A stretch of DNA of 50,648 nucleotides from Perkinsus olseni (lineage: Eukaryota): positions 1-50,648 of the forward strand of contig JABANN010000224.1 in the NCBI GenBank assembly GCA_013115125.1, read 5' to 3'. How positions within the stretch are numbered: position 1 is the stretch's first letter; each line of letters starts with the position of its first letter. The notes under the pieces were generated by a model that saw only the letters and a program-made list of their open reading frames with translations, was not told where the DNA came from and did no database searches. Positions 36,640-46,650 of this stretch are shown here, one piece after another. Position numbers and translations under genes: made by a program.

Positions 36640-37195
36640 AACTGAATATTGGTCCATTCGGAACTGCATATCGGGAAGGTTGCAGCGGCGACGATCAACT
36701 CACTGAATCGCTGAGCGTGGGTGGCATCTGCACACCTGGCATCTGCATACGCTCGTTGTAGTCGTCACGATCGTCAAGAATGTACTCGAGACCAGTGCTA
36801 CGGCTCTTCTGAAAAAAAATATCTTCTTCTCCGAGTAGAGTCCTGAGAAGGTTATTTTATGCGGAGCCAGATCGATCAAGACAGTGACTTGAAGCCAACA
36901 TCTTGCATCTGGGCTTCCGGAGAAGCACTCGTGACCAATATCCTAGAGCGGTCGGAGTCTGGATAGGCAACAGTGTAATTGCCAGAATCTCCTGTGAGAG
37001 GGAAGTCAATGAGACTTTTAGCCCGACGCTTCGGTCGAACTCCCACGGTAGGGAACCATCCGACGCTGACGCTCGCATGTTGAGAGATGACGTAGGGGTT
37101 GATAATCAACCGTTGATTGACCCCAAGAACTTTTTACTTGCAGTCACTAGAGCTAGAGTGGCGATGAGGAAGCAAGTCTCGACGAGTTTCACCTT
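36640..37195 (-). pseudogene. Secreted family copy 6, heavily degraded
   Basis: Start ATG changed to AAG (KVKLVETCFLIATLALVTAS). Fragments MRASASDGSL and FPLTGDSGNYTVAYPD lie in different frames. Confidence 0.75.
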
Positions 37196-37251
37196 CGAGA
37201 GAGTGGAGTGGCTGCATGAAAATTAGCTCCTTGAAATGGAGGAGTGCTGAA

Positions 37252-37716
37252 TTCAATTCAAACTTTATTGCCTGGGCGTTACAAGCTCAAATCTTATCGC
37301 CCATCACACGACCCGCGCAAGCGGATCCCGATATGGTTAGACCCAACCATAGAGCTGTAAAACAACATAGGTTAATCAATCTTTCATCATCAGCTCGGAG
37401 GCTCTTTAGAGGAACTTCATCACAACTCCGTCGTGCAGCCAGTCAGGACGAGGAGGGAGGCATGCTACACTGGGCAGCCTACTAGGCATGAGGTAGAAAG
37501 AAAGTGAAAAGAGGATCAAGTAGGCCCAGGACCAACAACTGCGATTGCGGAAACCCAGATGAGTAGATGGTGAGAATTTGTGTAGTAAAGGAGGGCCCAA
37601 CCAATACCGAGTCACCAGCAAGGGGGACGTGTGGGTATGGCAGGTTCGATCTCTACTTCGTACTGGGAAACCCCGGCCACCCTCACGCGACGTTGACGCG
37701 TAGAGACCTGTGAGGG
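37252..37716 (-). mobile_element. 465-bp non-autonomous non-LTR retroposon (SINE/SIDE-like) with a 5' ribozyme
   Basis: 11-bp direct repeat GGAGTGCTGAA at 37241-37251 and 37717-37727; the paralogous promoter at about 34541 has GGAGTGCTG once, with no insert. The 3' end on the - strand reads AATAAA-GT-TTGAATTGAA. Three stem-loops lie near the 3' end and an HDV-like fold at the 5' end. Confidence 0.85.
37648..37716 (-). ncRNA. HDV-like self-cleaving ribozyme (predicted)
   Basis: - strand parse: P1 CCCUCAC, A, P2 GGUCUCUAC, P3 GCG, L3 UCAACGU, P3' CGC, P1' GUGAGGG, P1.1' UG, P4 GCCGGG-GUUU-CCCAGU, J4/2 A-CGAA, P2' GUAGAGAUC. This is the full nested double pseudoknot. The C75-equivalent is at 37660. 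Confidence 0.85.
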
Positions 37717-39393
37717 GGAGTGCTGAAGAGCAAGGGGGAGGATTCTGTTATGTGCGTGTTACTCATTATGCGCCGATCGTCTTGTGCATGCGTGCATAGC
37801 TTGTTCTCCTCGAGAGAGCGAGCTTAGACTGAACAAGCGGAGCCCGTCGCTTCGCTCCGGAGTCGCTTCGCTCCAATGGCAGCGGCGGCGCTCTCAGCAG
37901 AAATGTTGTGCAGTTAAGCGTAAGTGCAGGAAAGTGTGAATTCTTCACGCGCGATGTAGTGAATGAGTAGAGTTCTTATGAGAGATGAAGAGAGGGAATG
38001 TGAACGTACCGGCTTAATGAGGAAGCTGTGGAGTTGATTGAGACGTATGTCAATTACGGGAAGATATAGAGATGGAACTGCGACAAACTTCTCGAATGTG
38101 AGTATTTCACGCACGATTATGTTGAGCTCAAATAGAAGAATTAATAGAAGTATTAATTAGTACAAACCTTGGACAATCGGAGCCTTCGATGGCCGATGCA
38201 GTTTCGGGCGCGCGCGAAAAAGCGCAAGATATGCAAGAGTGACAAGAATATAGGCTTTGCTCCATTCCCATAGACCCCGGGCATGAGCACCGAAACCCAC
38301 AGAATAATTCCCGGGGGTGGGGGGAGTTATAGAATAGACTCTCAAAACCGACCACCCTGTTCTTGTTTACGGAGCTTCAACTTGTCCATCAGAGTGGACT
38401 CTATTGAACGCGCCACAGTCTCCCCCAGCTCAGGAGGTGCGAGATGGTTCGCCGCCGACGACCCAGCTCAGAAGGGAACCTTCCGATGAATCGTCGGACG
38501 CGCGTGCCCGCGTACGAGATCGCAAGGTCATGCGTAGCAACTTTTTCCCGATTGATACGAGCTGCCACGGGACGCGTGTTCAGGAGTACTGTCACATAAT
38601 CCAAGGCAGTTCGCGAACACTCAGAGGCCCTCGCCTCAATCGGGAGTCCCGATTGGGTATCAGGAAAAGTGCGCGGGCCTTCTTCATTCTCGAGTCGTGG
38701 ATTCTCTCCACCTTTCCTTGCAACCAAGGGTATCGAGTATTCGGCTAGACAACCTGGAAAATCAGCGACGACATCGCATCTCGGAACTTGTCACTTCGAA
38801 AGTAACTTGACGTATCGGTATATGCCTCTCAGAGGAACCCTTACGAGTGATCATGTCGCCTCGTAGTCACCGCTTCGTCTGTCGTTAGTTGGAGTGGGCG
38901 CCGCCCACTGGGCGGTCGAGCCTCCTAAGGTTGTCAAGGCTGAGCACGGGGTGTATGACGGGTCTGAGAGATGAACGCTCCCATGATGCTTCGTTCAGTT
39001 GAGTGCGTGTATGCTACTTCTCATAATTTTGATAGGATCTCTCTCCATCATTGTCCTTCTGATTCTATTTATCAGCTCAGAATCAGCCCGATGGCAATGG
39101 ACTTCTCTCGAGTGACGATTCTTGAGTTTATCATCGACCCGAGCGGCCAAGCCTAGGATGTCCCATCCGGGACCACCGGTCAACGACTTGTACTCCAGTC
39201 GGTACGGCCTGTTGATGGGGCATTCGCCGGTTGTGACAGCGCTAGCTTTATGGTCATCTAGCATTGTGTGTACTTGTATCCCTAACGGGCTTCCTGGCTC
39301 TGTTGTGGTCGGGTAAGTGTAGCCTAGCCGATGCTTATTATTGAGGTTGTTGTCGTAGGGTGTGGTGGATGTCGTAGGGTGTGGTTGGTCATC

Positions 39394-41386
39394 ATGTTTG
39401 CCGACTCCTTCTTCGTCCTCAAGCTCCGCTACGGCGCCGAATCCCTACGCTGCCGCTTTCCTATGAAGACTGTCAAGGCCGTCGGCGACTTGTACAGGTG
39501 ATCAGGTTTCTGAGGTATAGTTGTGCGATTCCGTCGTTGGTTTTCAGTTTGATCGAGGAGGCCTGGCCAGCACTGAAGACGTTCAACTACACCGTGCAAG
39601 TTCATAAGGGCCGTGATTTATCCTCGTATGCTGAAAGCACGGAGATCAGCACTCTGCTCGACAGTCATGGTGTGATGCATGCTGGGTCTCCCAAGGAGCT
39701 TCGGCTGAACATTAAAGGCGGTCCTGAGGCTACTCCGGTGAAAAGTCGCTCCTCGAGCCCTCCGAAGCCTATGGACGGCCATACAGTTGCTGTTCTGCAC
39801 TTGGACAGCTGCCACGGCTGTGGGATGGCACCGATTATTGGACGTTGGTAGGCCGGACAAGTCGAGTTTTCCTGTTGCACAATCCTGTCTCCCCCAGTTA
39901 CAGATGCTCAACCTGTTCGGACTTCATGTTCTGCTCCCGTTGTTATGAGCACCATGATCAGAGCCACACACTCACGGTGGTCAGTCTAGCCGTCAATGGG
40001 ATATGGGACAGTCGAGATGATGCTGCTGTATGTGAGGGATTCTTACGGGAGATGCGTAGTGTCGGTGCCGCGTGGCCGGGGGATGTCGTCAAGTAAGCCA
40101 GTGGAGAAGCCAGGAGCCTCGCATGGATCTGTGGCCGTTTAAGGATCAAGGACCTCCAGCTCCCGGATAGGAGCCTCCCTTCGATGGTTGCGGAGACCTT
40201 CCCGAAGGATGACCCGCCATCTGAGGATCGTCGAACCCTCCTTTGCAAGGATGGCTGTTCCTTCATCAGCTACAGAATATTTTGCCATTGCTGTAGCAGT
40301 GCCAGCAACAGGGCCAGACAGTAGGGAGGATGGCATAGCTGCTTTTCGGACTGTCTCCGTTCCGTCAGGTTCCGCTGCGACGGTCTCGGTGGTGATATCA
40401 ACTTGTGCGACCCCTGTTACCTCACACATCGCAGTAAGATTCTGAAAATTGCCAACAAGTGTTCGAGGATCGTCACTCCGTCCTACTGGAACGAAGGCAA
40501 CACTCAAGCCGTGGAGCTAGTACATTACGGCTCGACCTGTGATGGCTGTGGGGTTTCTCCAATAGTGGGACGAAGGTAATAACAGACTCGGAGGGGAGGC
40601 GGATCTGGTGTTGGCTGCACTGCGGAGAAGGGACAGCTCATTGTGACATGCCCTGTCTCCTGCTCAGGTATAAGTGCAACTACTGTGCTGAGTATGAGCT
40701 CTGCAGTAGATGTTTCAAAGAGCCTGCCAACAAGCAGCATCGTTTGGAGCATCTATTCACGCTCATCGCTAGGCCTGCTAAGTTATGGACCGTCCGCACT
40801 AAGAACCAGAAGGGCACGCTTTACAGCGAGATGAAGTGTGAGATGTGCGGCGTCCTGCCCCCAGGGGGTGCCAGGTAACACCCGAAGGTTCGGGAACCCA
40901 CTCAGCTCGTTCGAGGCTCCTTCGTGCAGGTACACTATCAAGTGTGACTGCAAGGCTCAGATGTGCCTCGATTGCTATAAGGACGACTTGCAGGGTCAGG
41001 CGGTACTGTTGCGTGGAGAGTTCTTCGACTACCCCAACCCAGTGAGCTTGCAGGCTTCTATGGATAGGGAGAGGCAGCGTCATGTCTTGAAAAGTGAGCG
41101 AAGGACGACCCTTAATGCTGGTTTCACTTGCGGGCTCAGTATCCGTGGCAAGCTTGCTGCTCTTGGGCCCTATGGAGAAGGCTGCTAGGATGGCAGCGGA
41201 GGGGAAGGTAGTGGAGGAGGACGACAAATTGCCAAAGGGGAGGGTAAGCAACCACTTTAGTGTGTTGAGTACAGTAGTTGTTAAACTGGAGTCTGGCAGG
41301 TGATCTGGGCTGATGAGCTCCCTCGAGAGGTCAAACCTCATCACAGAGTGGTCCGTACCGGATGTGGCTGCGGCCATCGTCATTAA
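39394..41386 (+). CDS. PB1/ubiquitin-like plus multi-ZZ protein, paralog E (multi-exon)
   Basis: MFADSFFVLKLRYGAESLRCR.../LIEEAWPAL; LHLDSCHGCGMAPIIGRC/YRCSTCSDFMFCSRCYEHHDQSH; HYGSTCDGCGVSPIVGRR/YKCNYCAEYELCSRCF..H...H. Last exon VIWADELPREVKPHHRV...*. Confidence 0.75.
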
Positions 41387-41753
41387 GGTTCCCCCGTAGC
41401 CAATCATTTCATTTTCCAATGCAGTTGCCGGGGTTAGTAATCACCGGTTAATACGTACTTGCTTCTCAACGCCGCAGCTAAGAGAAGCTTCAATTTTGCA
41501 AGGGTTTCAGAACAGTAGCGAGACCCGTTAAGGACGATGTTACAGTCTCCTGCTGATCTTGTGAATGTTTCAATTAGAGCCCAGCGTCTTTGCGTTGCTC
41601 AAGAGGGTATCGAGAGAGCAGACTGGGGAAGGGTCGCCTGGCGTAATTGTGCGCCGCCCTTATTAGTGTTGATGGTCGGGCGGCGGGGGTTGAGAGCACT
41701 TACTGTACGTTCGCGTCAACCGCTTCTTCCAACGACGATCTCGCGGGATACGG

Positions 41754-43287
41754 ATGCGCCGACTGAACAGCCTCCTTTTAGTGGCTTTACCCTCCCTTGT
41801 TGGTAGTGTCATCATATACGTGCGTCGATCATCTAAGCAGACCAGCAGCAGCAGCAGAGTGAGGGTAGACTGGGCGTATGGCTTTATAGTCTCGATGGCG
41901 GCGTTTGCCCTTACCTTCCTGGCCTATAATGCATATTTCATTATGGACCACGGCCGAACAGAAGGTAGTACTAGTCCGAGACGAGGGAGCTATTGCTGGT
42001 GCTGATGGCTGGAAGATTGACCCTAGAACGCCTTAGAGAGGTTGTAACGCAATATGAGAGCCGCCTGGGTTCGGAGGCCTTCTGCTCGTGGATCAGCGTG
42101 GTCAATCCACCCAACCCTAGATACAGCGACAGGAGCTAGTGGTCATTGGAGAGGCTGGACACTGGCCCTAGCCTTCGATGTACCTTGGCTACTCTGTCTG
42201 CTATGCTATCTTCGGTGAGCATCAGGGGCAGCCTTACCTTGGCCATGAGGGAACCTTCAATTTCAGAGTACTCATGATCAAGCCTGGTAAGGTCCCTCGG
42301 AGGTGGACGGAGTATGTTACGAAGAATGCTATACGTGTCAGCGTTACAGAGCAATCGACCTTCCAGGTGGGGCCTTTCGCTTTGATAGCTCCACTCACTC
42401 CCCTGGTTAGCCCCGCACTTCTTCTATCTGTGGTGCCTGCATGCGGCATCGGCCCGAGAGAGCTCATCACTGTTCAATCTGCGGCGAATGCGTGCTGCGC
42501 CATGACCGTCATGACTGGCTTATCGGTGAGAATCTCCCTCGCGTGAAATGGCGAGGCCACTGTTCCTGCAGGCACTTGTGTGGGCTTCCGCAATCACAAG
42601 TTCTACATCCTTTTCCTGTTCTACGGGGCAGTGGCATCCACCATGTTCCTGGTCTTCATGGTGCCCCACTTCGTCGTGAGAGTGAGTGGTTGCGCCATCT
42701 GCTGCCGTATCCACTCAGCACTGCTTAGGTCTTAACTGCGGCCTCGCTCACGCCGGAGTCAAGTGGCGCATCTCATCCTCTCCCACCAGCAGCCGCCCGT
42801 GTTCTCGAGGCTTCGATCTTGTTGGTTGCAGTAATAATCAGTGGCCCTTCTCGGGAGATTGGCGATCGTGTGCGGCTTCGTCTATCATGTTCTTCTCCAT
42901 TCAGTTCCTGGCCCTACCCTACTTCTACTATCACCTATCCATCCAGGGCGCCCAGCTCTGCCGTAACGTCACCACGCACGAGGCTGAGTACGTTGCTACC
43001 AACCCGTATGATTTAGGCACCAGGATAGGCAACGCTGCAGCGGTAGTATTAGGGTCCGTGGGTCCCTTGCAAGCTCCCCTCAGGTGTTTGGGACGGACCT
43101 AGGTCCCCTCTTCCTCTACTGGCTCTTACCAGTGGATCCCTGCCGTCCTGAAAGCGATGGGCTGTTCTATCCAATCCCATCCAGTCCGAAGTCAACTCCC
43201 TGTTCGATCGAGGACGGCAGTTACGATGAGTCCATCCAGGCGCTACTGGGAGCTTCCTTCGGCAACACTAAGCGCATAGACAGGTGA
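41754..43287 (+). CDS. DHHC-family palmitoyltransferase-like membrane protein with a DRHD variant motif (multi-exon)
   Basis: Transmembrane segments; PG motif; CGACMRHRPERAHHCSICGECVLRHDRHDWLI/GTCVGFRNHKFYILFLFY; NVTTHE; NPYDLG; FG...WLLP. Confidence 0.85.
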
Positions 43288-43691
43288 AGGCAGCTCTTCC
43301 CTCCTGAATAGCTTGCGGACGAATGCGACTTGAATCGCTCTGGGTGATCCCTGCAGTTCAACTTTGAAGCGTTCTCAGAATCTTTGACTCGGACATGAAG
43401 CATCTCATCTTAAAAGGCCGGAAAAGTTGCCACCTTGGCGAAGAGGAAGAAAAGATGGACGAGACCAGGCGATTGTAAATCTTCGCTGATCGACGCGTGT
43501 AAGTCCTCTGCCTCAGAGCCCCCTCCAGGATGAACTCCTATTCCTCGTGCATCCTGTAGAAGTGTTACTGTACGTGTGCGGTTATTACTGTCATGACCCG
43601 AACGGATGTGATGATCCGAACTTGTCTTGCGTTTTGGGGTTAGTAGTGCTTCTCTTCGCTCTTCTCAAGTTTCCTCTGTCTTTTTCTGTCC

Positions 43692-46547
43692 ATGGCGAAT
43701 CCTGCCGAGGATACAGGCGGTGGTGACCCGAGCTCAGAGCAAGCTGCTCGACCTTCCCCGAGCTCCGACCCTGTGACTATACTGACTGCCAAGGGCACTG
43801 AACGGTCCGACCGCGCCATAGCTCTTTCTTCCCTGCTGATCTCCATCAACAGGGGCCGGATGTCTCTTCTAGAGCTCGTCCAGCAGCTGCAGTCCAAGCT
43901 GGTGAGTGAAGACTCTGGTGTGCGGCGGCTGGCGGTGGAGCTCCTGTCCGACGTCATCGAGAGATTGCCGAAACTACCACTTGGCACAATGCAGGTGAAG
44001 ACGGTTGGTCGGTTTTTCGTGGACAAGCTTGAAGACTGGGTCTGCATCGAGTTCGCCTTGAAGGGGCTCATCGGCCTTCTCACTAATCATGGCCGTAAGC
44101 TTGCGACCGCTAAACTGACGGTAGAGGAGATCAAGAAAGAAGAAGACACCGATGACTACATCGGTATGCTGTTGACAGGGGATGAGCGATTCGAGGGACA
44201 AAACGGAGCTCCGCCTCCCGCCTTCCACTGCGAGATTTTCCTTCACCTCATTATTAAGCACGTATTGCTCTACGTCAACGCGCCCTCTCAAAGCCAGCCT
44301 GTTCGGTATGCTGTACTCAAGCTGTTGGAGCTGGTCATAGGGCAGCCTGAGCTCCGAGAGGAGGTCATCAACTCGACATCGGTGGCGAAGGTCCTGGCTC
44401 AGGGCGTAGTCATGGAGTGTGAGGACGAGAGGGACCCAAGGAACCTTCTGTTGGCCTTCGAGCTTCAACGAGAGGCCATGTGCTTCTACGCAGAGCATTT
44501 GAAGGGTCTTCAGGCGAACCATAATAATGATGAAGAATATCCCGATGGTGGGTTCGAACCTGCGACCGACCTCGGCAATTTCGCGCAGATCGTCTTCGAG
44601 GCTGCTACAGTGTATTTTCCCGTCAAGTTTCAGCAGCGGGACACTGACGTGGCGGACATCTCTCAGGAGAAGCTCAGTCGGGCCCTTTACAATGTGCTGT
44701 TCGAGAGCGAGGAGGCCATGGTCCGTCTAGCGATGCCCTCCCTTTTGGATATCCTGGCCAACCCCGAGGATGAGCTCAGCATGCTCACTGCGCAGCGGTA
44801 CATCAGTGAGGCTATCGTCACTAGTCCCTACAAGGACCTCATTGCCAAGGAGTACTCCCGAAGGACTTTTTCGGTTTGCCTCGATCAAGTTACCAAGGAG
44901 ACCGCGCCCCTGAAGTTCCTGCTCTGCGAACTCTGGCTGGCGTTTGTACGAGAGACGGGGGCTAGGAACTGCAAGGATGCAGTAGAATCGCTTCTCTTCA
45001 TGTTCGCAAAGTCCGGTGAATCCGACGATGAGCCCAAGGCCGCTGGAGTGCAGCAACTCCTCCTGGCCAGCGGCCGGGGTAGCTTCGAGTTCTACGATGA
45101 GATTACAAGCCGCGCTATCGTAACACTCTTGAGCTCACCGCAGGCCGTGGAAGAGGACAAGCATGGTGTAGTTGACTTTTGCATGAAGTTCCTCAGTGAA
45201 GGCAGCATCTGTGACGAGGGCCTTGCTGAGCAGGTGGCTGAATGCCTACTCAAGCTGCCCGATAAGGATATCCACCTGGCGTTGGCTGCAGTAGTTCCAG
45301 CCTGTAGTGCCGACTCGCTCGTCGTGAGCAAGGCTATGAAGCTTGCCATCAGCCGTCGTTGGACGAGTGTTGTGAAGAAGGCCTACCCTCGACATCCTAA
45401 GATCACGCTGGAAGAAGTCGTCCCAGCACTGCAGCAACGAGCTGATCAGTCAAGTGACATGTCCTGTGCGATCGTGGCACAGATTTTTGCCGACCATCCG
45501 GCCGAAGCCATATCCCTGCTGAGCACGGTTGGCGTGGCTGATATTGCTAGGTCGAGGGAATGGCCCGAAGATGCTCTCAGTTTTCTAGTGGACAACCTAC
45601 CTGAGGTGGCGACCTGGCCGTGGCCTCTTATTGTAGCCAGTCCTATTAATGAAGGCTCTTTGGCCTCCCTAGCATGCAGGCTGGCAGACGCCAATCAGCC
45701 CATGTGCCAGAAGGTGGTATCTTTGGTTGAGTCTAATCCTCGAAGGTTTGCCGGTCTGCTCGCTGGCCTTCCTCAAGAGGAGCTTCCTGAGTGCCGGGTG
45801 TCGAACTGGTCTACTCTGTTCAAATCGGTGGTGATTGATCCCCCAGCGGCCCTGAAGGTTCTCGAGGTATGCCCTGACGATGCATTTGATGCGTGCTTGG
45901 CATCAGCCTTAGTCAAGGATGCTGACCCCATCATCTGGGCCACGGTGATGAAGGTCGGGATCGAGCGTGACCGGTCGAGGACGATAGAGCTAGGCAAAAG
46001 CTCGATGGCAATAGCGGGACTCAAGAGACTCTTACACAGCAACACAGTTGAGTTGGACGAGGCCGAAAGGAAAGCAATCGTCTCCGGTTTGTACGACCCG
46101 TCGGCAGATCGGGGTGTCGCCATGTGCTTGCTCAGCGCACTGGACACCCCAGATCTCGAGACATATGGTGAAGAGCCCAGGCGGTCGATGCTGATGGGCC
46201 TGAAGGAAGGTGCAGGCGAGGCCTTCGTCTTTGCTTGCAAGTTGTTCCTTCGACTACTCTCGAGACCCCTTCTCCGAGCGGACTCCCAGAGCGTCATCCC
46301 GGCCCTCTGCGACAAGCTCGAGTCCGACGACAGCCGACCGCTCACCGCAATATCTGCCTGCCAGTGTCTCTATAAGATTGGTAAAATGAGCGACTTAGCG
46401 GAGCTCATTCCCAAGCAGTACTACCAGAGAGTTTTCCACGCATTGAAGCAGCCGTTGGCCCACCATAAGATGGTCGTGAGACGGCAGGCCACCATAACGT
46501 ACGGTGTCTGGATGTGCGCCCAAGTGGACGGGTTCTGCGAACGATGA
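43692..46547 (+). CDS. MMS19: MMS19/MET18 homolog (cytosolic Fe-S assembly targeting complex), 951 aa, intronless
   Basis: SLLELVQQLQSKLVSEDSGVR, ERDPRNLLLAF, FE...YFPVKF, and C-terminal HHKMVVRRQA...W match MMS19 N- and C-terminal HEAT-repeat motifs. Confidence 0.85.
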   Translation: MANPAEDTGGGDPSSEQAARPSPSSDPVTILTAKGTERSDRAIALSSLLISINRGRMSLLELVQQLQSKLVSEDSGVRRLAVELLSDVIERLPKLPLGTMQVKTVGRFFVDKLEDWVCIEFALKGLIGLLTNHGRKLATAKLTVEEIKKEEDTDDYIGMLLTGDERFEGQNGAPPPAFHCEIFLHLIIKHVLLYVNAPSQSQPVRYAVLKLLELVIGQPELREEVINSTSVAKVLAQGVVMECEDERDPRNLLLAFELQREAMCFYAEHLKGLQANHNNDEEYPDGGFEPATDLGNFAQIVFEAATVYFPVKFQQRDTDVADISQEKLSRALYNVLFESEEAMVRLAMPSLLDILANPEDELSMLTAQRYISEAIVTSPYKDLIAKEYSRRTFSVCLDQVTKETAPLKFLLCELWLAFVRETGARNCKDAVESLLFMFAKSGESDDEPKAAGVQQLLLASGRGSFEFYDEITSRAIVTLLSSPQAVEEDKHGVVDFCMKFLSEGSICDEGLAEQVAECLLKLPDKDIHLALAAVVPACSADSLVVSKAMKLAISRRWTSVVKKAYPRHPKITLEEVVPALQQRADQSSDMSCAIVAQIFADHPAEAISLLSTVGVADIARSREWPEDALSFLVDNLPEVATWPWPLIVASPINEGSLASLACRLADANQPMCQKVVSLVESNPRRFAGLLAGLPQEELPECRVSNWSTLFKSVVIDPPAALKVLEVCPDDAFDACLASALVKDADPIIWATVMKVGIERDRSRTIELGKSSMAIAGLKRLLHSNTVELDEAERKAIVSGLYDPSADRGVAMCLLSALDTPDLETYGEEPRRSMLMGLKEGAGEAFVFACKLFLRLLSRPLLRADSQSVIPALCDKLESDDSRPLTAISACQCLYKIGKMSDLAELIPKQYYQRVFHALKQPLAHHKMVVRRQATITYGVWMCAQVDGFCER

Positions 46548-46650
46548 GCTACTCCTGAACGTGTACAGTTTCACTGCTTTAATCAGTCTTGTTGGTCCTC
46601 GTGTTGTCAATCCAATCAATGATAGGGACTCTGAAGTTCCTAGTTATGAC

